Positions 1 through 14,119 of a DNA stretch of 64,000 nucleotides are shown one piece after another. The stretch spans positions 159,905,741 through 159,969,740 of the forward strand of contig CM041465.1 in the NCBI GenBank assembly GCA_023213395.1. The letters are read 5' to 3'. The position numbers were made by a program, and so were the translations under genes. Below the pieces are notes generated by a model. It worked only from the letters and a program-made list of their open reading frames with translations, had not been told where the DNA came from and searched no databases. The stretch is from Cycas panzhihuaensis. Lineage: Eukaryota; Plantae; Cycadophyta. Positions within the stretch are counted from its first letter, which is position 1. Every line of letters begins with the position of its first letter.

Positions 1-149
1 TGGAATAGGTGCAACATGATGTTATGCCCCTAATCAGGGTATTTGGAATCATGAACAAAGGTAGTTTAGGCTCATTTCAGAGCAAGTTGGTAGTTTAGGC
101 GCATACTAGAGTGCATGTAGGCTACCCTTCTACATTGGAGGGGCAAGAG

Positions 150-3100
150 GTTAGATATGAAACCCTTTTAGAAATTGCATATTGACAGGCTTATCAAACT
201 CAAAGCCTTCTAGTATATCAATCTGATATATGTTGTTGTTAAGAGTTTTGATGACTATAAAGAGGCCCAATCATTTTAGGCCAAATTTTAAATGGTGGTC
301 ATCGAGATGTTCAAGTTTGAGGACTTGGTCCCCAACGACTGGCTAGTATAGTCAAAGGTGCTTATTATGTATCTTCCAGGCTTTAGCCTTGGACACAAGA
401 TTTACTTGATAAGTAGCAAGGTGTTTATCATCTAATGCTTTGAGATTGAGGAGGCAACTTGGTGCCACCATTCCTTGTCTACAAACCTTTTAAGAGAAAT
501 CCTCAAAGAGGGGATTTTAACCTTAAGGTGGAGAACTACTTCTGACCCATAGATCAAAGAAAATAATTCCATTCTCATAGCCATATATATAGAAGTTCTA
601 TGGGCCCACAAGCCTGAATGAAGCTAAAGGTGCCAATCCCATTAGGATTGGATGGTAATCTTTTTAAGGATGTTGATCAAGGTTTTATTAAAAGCCTCGA
701 TGTGGCCATTGGCCTAGGGTAGTATGGGGATGAAGTCTTATGAGAGATTTTAAACTACTCACAAATCTCATCCATTTTCTTATTATAAAAGAGGGTCTCA
801 TTATCCGTGATAAGGAAATTGAGGAGCCTGAAGCAACAAATGATATGTTGAAGGATGAAGGCGGCAACCTTTTTGCATGTCATCAATGATAAAGTAATAG
901 CCTTGGCCCATTTAGTAAAATATTCTATTACCATTAGAATAAATTTATGCTAGGACAAGGAAGGCGATGTTATGGCCCTAATGAGGTTAAGGCCCCATTG
1001 GGAGAAAAGCCATGGAAACATAATAAGGTACAACACTTCACACAGTTGGTGTATAACATTAACATGCTCTTGGTGTCTGTGACAACATTGAGCATATGCA
1101 TAGGTATCTTTAAATAACATTGGCTAATAGAATCCCATATGTAATATACTTTGGGCCATGGATTGGCCTCCAAAATAGCCTCTACAAATTCCATCATAGG
1201 ATTCATGAAGGATTTACTTAGTTTCCTTTGGATTAACACAATAGAGGAGAATGCCATCGAATGATCACTTATATAATACATCCTCTATTAGGGAGTATTG
1301 ACGAGATGATGCCCTTATGTGCAACCTAAATTTATCACTAGTGTATGTGGGATATTTTTATTGTGTTAGGTAACTAATGATATCACCATACCATTGGATA
1401 TTAGCTAATGGATGGGTATTGGTTTGTTGAAGAGCTTAAATTCGTTCATGGAGCAAGGATTCATCAACTAGGAGGCTAGTTGCATTAGGGATTAGCATGT
1501 TTACCAATTATTTAATAACTATCATACCCTTATTGGACTTATAATTGATGATCTTAAGGTCCTACTCTTGAAGGAGGATGACCCATTTGCTTGTCCTTCT
1601 CATTAAGTGCAACCATGTCATAACTTACCTCAACGGGTTTGACTAGACTATCACATATGTGGTATTACCCAAAAGGTATTGCCAAAGTTTCTTAATGGCA
1701 TATACCAATGCTAAGAATTATTTTTCTACTATAGGTAGTTTATCTCTACCATTATGAGGGTTTGACTAATGAAGTAGATGGTTCTTTCAGTTCTAGAGTC
1801 ATCTTCCTAGGCCAACACAACACCCATGGATTCATCAATCGCTGAAGTGTAAAGTATAAAGGGATGGTCAAATAATAGAGGAGCCAAGATGGGGGCCAAA
1901 ACAAGGGATTTTTTGAGCTCTTGGAAGGCCTCTTGGACTCTGGGGGACCAAACAAAAGGGTTCCCATTTTTCAGGAGATTGATTAGAGGTTTTATGCTAA
2001 TGGTGAAGTTCATTAAAAAGAATTGTAGAAAACCCAATCTTCCTAAAAATGACCTAATTTAACATTACATTCTTAGGGGCGACATTTCAATTATTTATTT
2101 AACCTTATTAGGGTCAACTTGGATCCCTTCTTGGGAGACAAGGAATCTTAAAAGCTTACCAGTTGTTACTGCAAAAATACACTTGAGTAGGTTTAAGCTG
2201 ACATGATACTTATGACACCTAGTAAAGATTATTCTCAGGTTTGTAGGGTGATTAGCCCTCTTATGAGAGACGCCCGTAAGATTATTTAGAAAGACTTCAA
2301 GAATATTATTGATGAGGTTGTGGAAAATGAATTACATGTCTCTTTAGTAAGTGGCCCCAGTATTATTTAAACTAAAAGGCATCACTTTCTAGGTAAACAT
2401 ACCCCAAGGAGTAGTTAAGGCCATCTTATGATGATTCTTGGGAGAGATCTAGATTTGGTTGTATCCAGAGAAGTTATCCATCGAGGATATAACTTCAAAT
2501 ATTATCATATGATTGATAATTTAATCGATAAATGATAGCGAGAAATTATCTTTAGGATATGCATTATTAATATCCTAAAAGTCAACATAAATCTTTGTAG
2601 TCTTATTCTTTTTGGCAACTAGGCTGATATTGGATACACATTTTGGGTAGTTAATTGAAGTGATTAAGCCCACATTAAGCAAATTTTCCACTTCTATTTT
2701 AACCACAGTAGATAGATTTGGGTGTAAAGGGAATTACCTTTTCTTAATTGGATGAACACCTAGGATCATGGTGAGGTTATGGGTGACAATGCTAGGGTCA
2801 ATGCCCTTCATGTTAGAGCAGTCCCATGTGAATACATCATGGAACTCATGGAATAAATTGGTATATTCTTTAACTTCTTAAAGTGAGTGTTCTACCATGA
2901 TCTTGATGACTCTATTAAGGGCAAGGATGATGTCCTTAATAGTCCTTGAGCATAGAACATTCTATTCCTTGAAGTGAAGGGAGGCTTAGTTAGTAAGAGG
3001 GTTAGGTGGAATGGTTGTCCTATGTAGCTTGACTAATAGGAAGTTAATGGCTAAACACTTCCAAAAACTAATTTTATAGTGTCTAGAAGGAAGGTTGGGT

Positions 3101-6100
3101 GAAGACCCCACTAGGTACTCCAATAAGGCCTCATCATTCTCAAAGTAATCTATTCCATAGATAGTTTTGCTATGAGGAGTATCTAAAGGGTGAAAAGGTG
3201 TGATTGGTTGGTAGCGATCACATAGCAAGTCAAAGTAGCATGATGACTCTTCAGACAAGTTAGAATGCACCCTCATGATCAGCCTTCTTAGAGGTTACAT
3301 TGGAGAAGGTTGGGAGGGAACTGGATCATAAATAATTAACTCATCAGGGGAGAAGACTAGATCCATCTCTCCTTAATCATGATGATCTAATGATACTTGG
3401 CTCTTATCAAAAGGAGGACCTTGGGTGGGTCAGTTCCCTATATACCTGAGTAGATTAATGGTGTGTGGGATGTGGGGAAAGACTAAGGATGGATCTAACC
3501 AATGGTTAATTGATTCTCTTCCCACTACCCATAGGATTGCCCCTTAAAAGGTGGATTACATAAATGGGAAAGGGTAATTCCCTCCTTCTATGTCCTTAGA
3601 TGTGGTAGGGCTGAGGTAATTAAAATGGAAGTTATATATAATCTGCGAAGAACAATAAGCCAACCATGCCCTAAGGTATGGGGACTCCTACCTTAGGGGA
3701 GATGGAGGAGGTATGTCGATATGAGAGAACTCCCCTCTCAAAATGTTGAAGAGGGAGACTTGATGTGGTGGCCCTTCATAATCATTTTCTGACTCCATAT
3801 CATTAAGCATGACTTGGTAACCATAGCTTGTAATGCCAATTAGGGTAAAATAAACTAAGTTTAGTTAAGAAGGAGGGGCTTCATCCCCTTCATAAGGCCC
3901 TTCATCCTTGAAGAACCCTATGACAAATGAGTTAGATGGACCATCCTCCTCTTCTACTATCCTAAAAATGTCTTGGCAAGGTTGGTGAGATAAGCAGTTA
4001 GGGGGAGGTTCATATGTAACAACCTTAATTTATCCTTGATGGGAAATTTTAAGTTGCCCCCACCTAGAAGAACATATAACTCCCATTTGGTCAATCCATA
4101 GTCAACCTAACAAAAGGTTGTAATCGATATCGATTTCCAAAATGATGATATCTATTCAGTTGATCTTGTCCTCTAAGGTTAGGGAATTATTACCATCCCT
4201 AAAAGGGCCTTCTCACTTCCATCATACCCTTGGCACCTTTTAGGAATGAGCTTGAGGTATTTAATACTAAGTTTTTTAAACATTCTTACAGGTAGGGTAT
4301 TGATTAAAGAGACATTGTCCACAATAGTTCTCTTTAGAGTGAACTTGGGTGTTTCTACTATAATTACAAATAGACAGTACTAGTAGAACTATCTATCATT
4401 CACTGAAGAGAGATCATGTGGGTCAAATTAAATGATGTTAGACCTATGGGAAGAGGAGGTACCTATAGAATAAATCAGGGTATCATTACATCCTAACACC
4501 TTTAAAAGAAAAGCCCACTAGTCAGGGTAACTTATCAGAATGTCCATTATGGATATTCAGGCAGACATCATGTATAACCTCTTTATAATAGAGAAGGTCT
4601 TCCCGTTTCTTATGGTTTAAGGAAGAGCCCTCCTAAAATTGTAACACCTAGGGCATATAGGTATAGTCTTTGAGACTAAAGGAATCTCGATTGGAGGAGT
4701 ATCCATAGTGGGTTGTTATTGCAAGGTAGAGGCCTCACTAGCCTCTTTTGTGACTTGAGATTTTGTGATAGGACATACTTGGGTGGTCTTAAGCAATTGA
4801 ATAACCATTTTCCCCTTATTTTTAGGTTGAGAAGATTTAGGATGTTGGGCCTTTATGCTTGAAGGTAGAGAAGGATCAAATGGGGCTTTACCCTTTTTTT
4901 AATCAGATGAAGAAGGAGGAGTTCACCTCTTATTTCTTACTCTCTTATTTTATGTTGACTATTCTTGTTCCTCATGGTTGGGGAATAGGTCTTGATGGAT
5001 AGGCTACTCTAAATTAGGTTTAGATGCTACTTGGGAAGGAGGATCACAAGATGGGGTAAGCTTAGGGTGTTGAGTTCAACACTATGAATCATCATGTGGA
5101 CACTCACTATGGACTGAATACCATTTCATCTCAAGAGGGGGTCTTATGTCCTTCCCTTGGGAAGATTAAGTGCTCACATTTATGGATGGTGTAGTTTGAT
5201 CTACTTGGCACACAGGTTGATGTGGCTCTAATAGGGGTTAATTTGGTTGTAGTTTCAAATCCCTAACCATCCACTCAAAGGAGCTAGTGGCAAAAGTGAA
5301 GGGATCCATGGTCTTGTCAATTGCACCAACAAAAGGCCTGGAAAGCTATTATTGGCCCTTTTGATCATGTAGGAAAGTTAGGGCTTTACAACATTATGAA
5401 TGCTTAGGAATATTCTTAAGACCTACTTAGATCTTAATCGATTCCAACACTAAGTAGTTAACTATGATAGATTCACATGTAGTTGGCCCCATTTTAAGGA
5501 CTTTCGCATGTACCTCATAGCATAATGCATTAACAAAAATATCTCTCTTTAACTCTTCTAGCAATGTGGCCTTGAAAGAGTGCAGAAGGTCATGGACCCA
5601 CCAAAAGAAGTCATGATTTAACTCCTTTTAACCTTGTTTAAGTGAAAGTACGGCTTTAGTCTCACTTTCAAAAGGCCAAGCCACATCAAAATAGTTGATA
5701 AATTCACTGATTAATTGTTGGAATATAGAGATAGAGTAGGTTGGGAGATGGTAGAACCATTTCAATGTATCTCCTTAAAGGGGTCTAGGGAATAGTTTTA
5801 TCAAGATATGATCGTAGGCCCAATAGTTAACACATGCCATGGCGAAAGCCCTAATGTGATCTACTAGGTCTTGAGAAAAAGTGCACTCAAATTTAAGCAC
5901 TTTGGGGGGATGAGGTGGTAAGTTAGTCCTTAGAGCCTTTATGGATAGGGGGGTTGATTGATAGTCAATGAAGGGGCAGACCCCTGGTTGGGCTAACAGA
6001 TCAACCTAGGGATAAGAAGGTGTGGGGTATGGGTACCCACCCCCAACATGTGGTAGGTAATGGGTAGATCTATAAGGAGTATTCTCCTATTGGTAAGGTG

Positions 6101-7150
6101 TGTAAGAGGTAGGGGGATATGAGGTCCCTCCTAATTAATAGGGAGGGACGACCTCTAAATAAGGGTATGACAGATGGGAAGGTAAGTGAGGAGGTCTTAA
6201 CCAACCTTAGCAACATGCCATATAAGTGGATGAAGGGTAAGGATATGCCCCCAAAGGGACATATGGGTAGTGGGTGAAACATATAGGGATGTTGTTCTTC
6301 CTTAATAAGAGACTACATTAGGTGTAGAGTAGGATGTATGAGATGTGAGGTGAGGAATAAGATTTTGCCTATAAGGTCCCTTAATAGGGAGGGAACCCCA
6401 TAGGGGTGGAGAGGGTCTAGCCCATAGGTAGGATGGGGGTTTCAGCCCCCATGCTCCTAAGATTATGATGTATACCTTAGGGGGACATAAGGAGGAATGA
6501 CAATAAAATGCAGATGTGTATGAGTAGGAGCCAAACCTCCTTACCCCGAATAGCATGGGTAGAGAGGTATGGTGGATGGAAGTGGAGGAATATGGGTAGT
6601 AGTGGGTTGTGAAATCATTTTTTATAATGAAGGCATGCTTTCCCCTATTTGAGGAGTTTGTGTGCCTTGAAATGTCACTTGATCTAGTGAGGTACTCATA
6701 AAGATGGGTGCTATAGAAATAGCCTCCTAAAGGTAGGAAGATGTAGATTAAAGAGATGAAGGAGGAGGGGTAGCAGAAGAGGGAAGTACCAAACTTTATA
6801 GAAAGCACTACAACTATTTCATAAGTGATTGTATAGTTGCATCTTTAAAGCACTACCTTAAAACATTTTCTACATCCTCAGGTAGAGTGCAAGTTTAGTT
6901 ATAGGAGGTAGAAGGCTCCTCTTATCGACCATAGTATATGGGGAAGTTGTCGGAAGCCAACTCAGAATATTGAGTAGGGTCTATAGGTTGAGACCCTCCT
7001 ATGACATGCATAGGAAGGGCTTGAGAGTCTTAGTAGGCTAGTGGTTGTTCAATTGGATAGTAGGATAGCTCTCCAACAACTTAGGAGCACTCTTAGTATG
7101 GATAAGAGGCCTCTATGTGAGGATAGTCAGGGGTATAAGAATCATATTCC
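150..7150 (-). pseudogene. Degenerate gag-pol of Tat-like element 1 (INT ~150-1300, RH ~1500-1900, RT ~1950-2950, PR ~4020-4400, gag ~5400-7150)
   Basis: ORF fragments such as 'KPLINLLKNGNPFVWS...AFQELKKSLVLAPILAP...PFILYTSAIDESMGVVLA' (RT-RH connection), a YPxG integrase motif and DYNLLLG (PR); many stop codons. Confidence 0.85.
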
Positions 7151-7425
7151 CAATCTGATGGATAGCCCTCCATCGACGACTCTTGGTTGAATGAAGCATT
7201 GGGAGAATAAGAGGGTTCTACTTCCAATGGGGATAAACCATGGAAGTGATGGTAAAAGCATCGCATTCATAGAATAACCAAACTGTCTAGGGAAGTATGA
7301 ATAATAAAAAAGAATGAAGGTACACTTTGGGCTGATTAATATTCGGCACCTTAACAAACCCTACACATGAGGAAGGGGTATGCAGGAAGGCCAAAGAGGT
7401 CCTAAGACTTTCAAACTAGTGAGTT

Positions 7426-7442
7426 CCCTAGTATGGTTGTTA
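7426..7442 (-). promoter_or_regulatory. Degenerate primer binding site (tRNA-Arg-like)
   Basis: ccctagtatggttgtta lies next to the LTR edge and is homologous to ccccagtatggttgcaa at 45898-45914. Confidence 0.55.
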
Positions 7443-7443
7443 G

Positions 7444-9805
7444 TGCAATCCACCTAATAAGGGGGGACCTAAAGATGAATGCACCTAGAGGTAATAGACC
7501 CATGGTGCTAGACCTATATAGATGCAAAAAGGGTCATAGGTTGCCCATAAAAGGCACCTATGTACTATTTGAGTATAGATTCAGGACTCGCATGATGAAG
7601 TCCCTCTTAGTATCGAGGGTTTGGAGTTCTTTGATTTCTAAATGGTTTCAGTTTCCTTTGTTTATTTTTATGCTATGGGTTAAATCAATGTTTAGTAAGA
7701 AGAAAAGTGGTTGCATAAGATATCAGAAAGGGGAGGTGGCTAATTTTGTTGATTTGCTTTCTTTTGTTGTTGTTTTTTTTGTTTATTAAAAAAAAAAGGA
7801 AAGAGGGGGGTGGAGTGAGGAAAATAAAATATGCTAAGCCTCTCTCTCCTTTCTTTCTTTTTCTCTCTTTCCTCTTTTTTTTTTTTTCTTTTTTTGTATA
7901 AAAGGGATAGCAATAACAAATAAAGTGGGAAGAAAGAGGGGATCAGAAGAAGAAGAGGTGCCTACAAGCTACCCTCCCCTTTTAATTCCTTCCTTCTCTT
8001 AATATATATCCTATCCTTATGCTTTATTCTATCATTTTCTTACTTTCCCTTTTCCTTTCCTACCCCTTTTTTTCATCTTTATTTTTTTTTAATAAAAAAA
8101 AGAGAAAGATGTGCAACTAAAAAGGTAGGAGAAACTAACTTAAAAGAGGGAAATGGAAAGAGGGGCAAGAAGGTGTACCTAAGTTGGTATGATAGTTGTA
8201 ACATAGTCATTCCTTGCCACCCATCTTAGAAGCTCCTTGCATGATCATGAAGAGATGGGGATTACCACTTACCTACCCCAAAGCATATAGGTAACAAAAA
8301 TGTAAAGGAAATAGAGAAAAAAGAAAGAAACATATACAATGTAAATACCAACTTAGCTTTTAGGATGAAGCTGATGTCCAAGTATGTGGAAGATTTGGGA
8401 AGCTTTGCTTTTAACTTTATCATGTAAGTTAGTGACTTTCAATAATAACCAAACCTATAATACTACCATTGACAAAAGGAACTAACCAAGCATGTAATAT
8501 TTTAGCTTGAACATTTATCATAAAAAGAAGAAGAAGAAGAAGAAGAAGAAATTAGATGAAGTTAGGGATGTAAGAAATGGGAGGTGCCTTAGGATGGAGC
8601 TAATCTCCTCCAAGTATAGGTGGTTTCTTAAGTTGTACTTATGAAACCTCTCTAAAGTCCTACAACTCAAGCAATATGAGGGAAGAATAGAAGTAAGAAC
8701 ATGCATGCATCTAAATCCTATCCTTTAAGACCAAAAGAAAAATACATAACATCAAGAAATCACTAATTCACCATAGCCCCAACATCATACAACATGGCAT
8801 GAATGAGGGCAAGAAGAAAAAATGGAAGAGATCTACCACAATAAAGTAAGGTATAGGGTTCCCAAGCTTTTGGAGAAGGTGTGAAGCCAATGGCCTTTAA
8901 ACAAAATCTCCTCAAAGATCCCTTGATTATGTTGGTGGTGACTTCCTAAAGTGTGTCCCCAATTCGTAATGAGTGATCCCTTAAAAATTGATTGAATTTT
9001 ATAGAAATTTGGGTAGCATTTAGTATGGTAATGAAAAGTGAGAGTCCCCTTTAACCTTGAAAACTGGAGGGGTTTCATAAAAAATTCCAAGGTGAGGGGG
9101 TGGTGGTTTCATGCCCACAATATGGGAAAACCACCACCCAAAACTATGAATTATGTCATGGTTTAGGAGATGGATTCTTAAAAAAAAATTTGAAAAGATT
9201 AGTTGTTTGAGTCACATTCAACCTCCTAAGACCATGATGAGCTAACTTGGGGTTGACATGGACAACCAGGTTTGATAAAAATGCCATAAATAAGCCAACT
9301 AAGTATTTAAACCCATGTCCAAATGTTTTAATAGTCATACCGTGAACTTATTTGCGGTATTGCACTAAAAATCAACACGGTGCAAAGATAGACTTAGAGA
9401 AAAGCACCCAACCTTATTAAACAACTAACCTAAACTTTAACTAACAATACACCAGACCAAAACAAATGACTAACATACAAAAATAAGGTAATATAAGGCT
9501 AATCAAGTGGGAATGGGATAATAAAATAGAGGGAATGAGATGTAGGAGGATGGAGAGGCTCCTTTTCCAACTAAAAGACCATAACAAGGAGACACTAAAG
9601 CCATAGATTGAAGTCTTAATCGTCATTGATAAGAGGGGGGAAAATAAGAAAACTAAGCAACCAAATAAACGTACATCCCTTATCTAAAAATGCATCACAA
9701 AATCATAACAATACAATATCTATAAGATGTGAAAGGGATAGCGATGCATACATGTATTTACCTATGAGTCATCATACCCACACCATTCCCAAAAGCCAAG
9801 AAACA
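7444..9805 (-). repeat. 5' LTR of Tat-like element 1 (~2.36 kb)
   Basis: Termini tg...ca, adjacent to the PBS; terminal sequences are similar to element 2's LTR termini. Confidence 0.7.
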
Positions 9806-10077
9806 ACACCCTATGGGCCCCATCACCTAATTTTCACTCTTAGAACTCATATATATTATTTTGATGAGCTTTTCACACTTATCTTAATGTAATAAGTGAA
9901 ATTGTTATAAATATTTAGGGGCCAATAAGCTATAAACACCCCCTATCTTCTTCTCTATATTATCTTTTAATTCTTTAGTCCCATTGTCTCTATCTACTTC
10001 CTAATTTATTACTCCTATTCTATCTCTCTAATTCCTTTTCTATTATCAACCCCTTATTCTTCCCTAACTTTGTCTTC

Positions 10078-11492
10078 TTGGAATTTCTTTTTCTTTTCAT
10101 AGCAAGTGCCCATATGATGACTCAAACTCAAGCATACCATATCTCTACACTAGAGATCCAATCGATTATTATGAATGATGACCTCAAGAATATAAAGAAT
10201 GAAATTGTAAAGTTGACTATGGTAGTATCCAACTTGGAATTTAACATGGCATCCACACCCAACATAGCAGGCACTTCAAACTTGATAAGTGACCCACCTC
10301 CAAATTCTATGCATTTGAGATAATAACAATTTCATGTCAAAATTAGCATACTAGCTTTTGATACTAATCTCAATAAAGATATTGCAAGGAGTTTGATTAG
10401 TAAGCTAGAATCCTACCTTTCCCTTAATCCCATATTGGTTAATGACCAATTAACTTTTATATCCATCTATCTAGAAGGCAAGGCACATCATTAATTCTGG
10501 TGGTGGTAACCCAAGTATCCAACTAATCAAACATAGGTTTAGTTTTATAAAAGTTTTGTTGAACAAAATGAGAAGACATGGAATCAATCATTTTTTAGTT
10601 AGCTTACTCAACTAAAGCAAATAATATTTGTCGATGCATATATAAAAGTATTTTATATGTTATAAAATTGTATGAACTAATCATTATATTGGTAAATCGT
10701 CATTGAGATATATGTGTTAGGACTCAAAGAGCACATTCAAATGTACCTTAATATATCACTACCACCAAATTTAAAATAGGCCATAATTATAGATAAGGTA
10801 GTTAAGACCAATTTTGTAGAGGAATGACCTACTTTTGTTATGATTATGTATGGTACCAACATCCTTGTTAGGCAAAATTTCAATGTCAATGATCAAATTG
10901 GGATGATTCATAATGATCTTCAACTGAGCACCCATCAGTGAAGATTTTGTTAAGTCTAATTTATGTACCACCTATAAAAGTACATTGATAGAAGGAAGTT
11001 GGCCTCTATATCTAATGCTTAGAGAAGTGGACCTCCATCTATAATAGAGTTTGTAAAATAAATCATATGGTACCCACCATTGACCTTGACCTATCCTCAA
11101 AATAAGATTTTGACTCCAATAAAGAACATGAGGAAGAACCACCCCTAGAGCCTTACTTAAATATTAAGCCAAAACTACTATGTCTCTTATTCTAAACCAC
11201 TACATGTTAGGGGGACCTTTCAAAAAAAATCCTACCACTATTTTAATCAATGGTGGAATACCACTTTACTTCATCGATATATTCCTAGTAAAGCAACTCA
11301 ACCTTTATATTATACCTAAAACTGGATTCACTTAATTCTCATAGGATATCATAGTCCTTATTGTATAGGTATAATTAAGAATTTGCATATTCAAATTAGC
11401 ACCTACCATTTAGTCCTAGATTCCTATGCCTTATTAATTTAAGGATTATATATTATCCTTAGGATTTAGTGGCTCCAAACTCTTGAAATTTT
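10078..11492 (+). pseudogene. Gypsy gag and aspartic protease relic
   Basis: Retrotrans_gag-like 'YLEGKAHH.FWWW'; protease relics 'LINGG...FID' and 'IILRI*WLQTL'. Confidence 0.7.
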
Positions 11493-11831
11493 TATTGGAA
11501 TAATGCCCATATTGGGGCTCATATTTGCCTTGGATTGATTACCTACATGAGGATGATAACTTAGATTGGTGGAGATATTATTGTGATACTATGTCAGATG
11601 CTAGTTACACTTAGTCATACTATGTCAAATCTTGGTGGCAACATATTTGGTATTTGTCAACATCAGTTACTAGTAGACTTTGAGTGGTGTGCTGCATCTT
11701 TCTTAAGTCTTTCTTATTTATTCATAGGGTTCGAAGACCCTATTATTCATCAACACCACCACTCTTATGGGATTAAAGGTTATCTCCTTTTTGCATTCTC
11801 ATTTTGTTTCCTTTACCCCCTAATTCTATCA
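11493..11831 (+). repeat. 5' LTR of copia A
   Basis: Direct repeat with 25526-25854; followed by the PBS. Confidence 0.85.
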
Positions 11832-12249
11832 TTTGGCATTAGAGCTATATTTAGGCATTTAGAGCTATCTTCCTTATTTGTAGAAGTTATCATTTAGAGC
11901 TAAGTTGGATAAGTTATTAAGGAATCTCAATTAAAGCTATGAAGGAGTCTTGTGAGGAGTCTTCCATACTATTAATATATTTATTTATCATGTAATCCTT
12001 TCATTCATTCTCATAAGTCTATTTGTCTTAAACTTTATCAATCGTTTGCCCATATCTATTTGATTTTTATTTGAAATAATTTTCTATCATTGCATTCTAT
12101 ATGTAATAATTATACTTGTTGTCTAACCTAGATTAATTACTTATCAAGCTGATACAATAGAAAATTAATACATGCATAAAGTTTTTTTTACCTTTGTAAG
12201 CATCAAATCTACTCATGTTAAATTATATATTAATCATGTCCACTTTACG

Positions 12250-13350
12250 GCTAGTTTGAAGCATCTACCTATATCCCTAATTATCATGTAGCATTGTCTC
12301 CTGCCCCTGCATTCTCAATTATCTACATAAAACTAAATAAATTAGTGCTCCATAACCCATCTTCTGAGTGTATCCAACCTTTTTTGCCCAGATATTTATC
12401 ACCTATCACACATATATTTCTTATATAGATATTTCTATCCATTGCATGGTAAATGCCTAGTATTTATCTATCTTATGAAGAATAGTCCATTACCCTATCC
12501 CATCTCGCATCTATCTCTATAAGATAACATTTATAGCTTATGTAGAGTCTATAATTTGGTCCATCTCATTAACTCATTTGTGCAAACTTTTAAGCTACTT
12601 GCTAATGGTACCATGTAATACTATGTTATCTCTGTATGACTCTTCATTGAATGTATTAAACTCCACTATTACTTCATTAAATGCAACTTGGTAAGCTTTC
12701 GATGATTAATCTACAAATTAGAATCAACTTTGTAAAAGATAAATTAAGGTATATCATTTATTGAGACCTTTGTATTTCATCACTACTATTGAGGCTGAAG
12801 AGGGAAACTATGGTCGACAAAAGCCATCTAAAGTCATAATGTATGCACCTTATTTATGCCTTATAATATCCACATGGTCCTTGAAAAAGATGCATAGACT
12901 TTACAATATTTACGTGGCCTTCGTAAGGTTGTTTTCTAAAATATTTAAACCTTTGTCCATTCTTTTCACTACATTAATTTGTGTTACATCTCATTAACTA
13001 CTTGGTCTAGCCACAAAAGTTGGTGTATACCTCTTAATATTTACCATTAAATTTAAGAGTTATTTGTGATGACCTTTATTTGTATTATGCAGCCCTCTTT
13101 TTTATTTTTTAAATGTCACATATTGCATTTTCACATTCACAACTCACTTTATTAGCATCCACAACTAACAACTAATACATTCTTAATTGTTCCCCTTTTT
13201 TGCCTACATTGTATGGAGCTATAGAGAAATATTTACATCGAGTCCTTATGGCTACCAAACATTTTCTTCTTTCATTATAAATAATCAACTAAGATGTAAC
13301 ATTATTTTATTAATCAATTATCAATCTACTAAATTTTTGACCATAGTATA
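12250..13350 (-). pseudogene. Highly degenerate hAT-family (DUF659-type) transposase fragment
   Basis: Minus-strand motifs in hAT order: 'TIKNVLV', 'IKVITNNS', 'MVPLASSLKV', 'EIDARWDRVMDY.LH', a 'LV...LRM' relic. No TIRs identified. Confidence 0.55.
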
Positions 13351-14119
13351 TCTTTTCTTCAAAATAATTTAGCAATTTAATCAAATTAGATTAAGATTTG
13401 GAGTTTGCTAGCCCCCTAGCAGTTAAGCTATTAGTTTTATATAGTGATAATATGATCAATAGTTAATATGATTAAGAGGATAATTTCTTTTTTAGAAAGG
13501 TTGATTAAAACTAGTACCTATTTTTGCTTTAGCAGTCACAACTATCACCAGCAAAGTTAAGTTTTAATTTTCTCAACTTCAAGATGAAGTATACTTCTAC
13601 CCAAATAAAAGAAGTGGTCACATGACCATATTTGGTTTATATTTGATGTACTTTTTAATGGTTGAAAATGATATAAAATTTCTTTTAATCCTTATCTATT
13701 AAAAAGCTATTTTTACCTTAGACATTTTAAAGCATATCTTGGATATTTTATGTTAGAATTGAGTCCTATCTAAAATGTTAGATTCATTATTTTGTTCTCT
13801 ACCAACTGGTTAAAACTTCAATTTTTTTTGAAGTCATTTAATGTAACTTTTTTATGATCAAAATTAATACCCATTTTAGGCATTTTACATGATGTCCCTC
13901 GTATAAACTAGCCAAATTTTAGTTTGTAAACTCTCATTAATATAAAAAATTATTTTGGAGGTGGTTGAGTCCTAATTAGGACATTTATCTAAGTCCTAAA
14001 GTTGAAGTGGGACAAATCTTAATTATATTTGAGTGTCTTTTTATTGCCTTTTTTAGTACATTGTTAACACTTTATTTTAAGAACTTTACTTTTCAAATAG
14101 TTAAGGTAAATTTCTAATT

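Larger units (their letters stand above)
1..9805 (-). mobile_element. Tat-like Ty3/gypsy LTR retrotransposon (element 1), 5' LTR plus gag-pol; 3' part lies outside the window
   Basis: Degenerate gag, PR, RT, RH and INT on the minus strand in gypsy order, homologous to the element at 31075-49146. PBS-like motif at 7426-7442. The LTR end (ccattcccaaaagccaagaaaca) matches the terminus of element 2's LTR. Confidence 0.88.
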
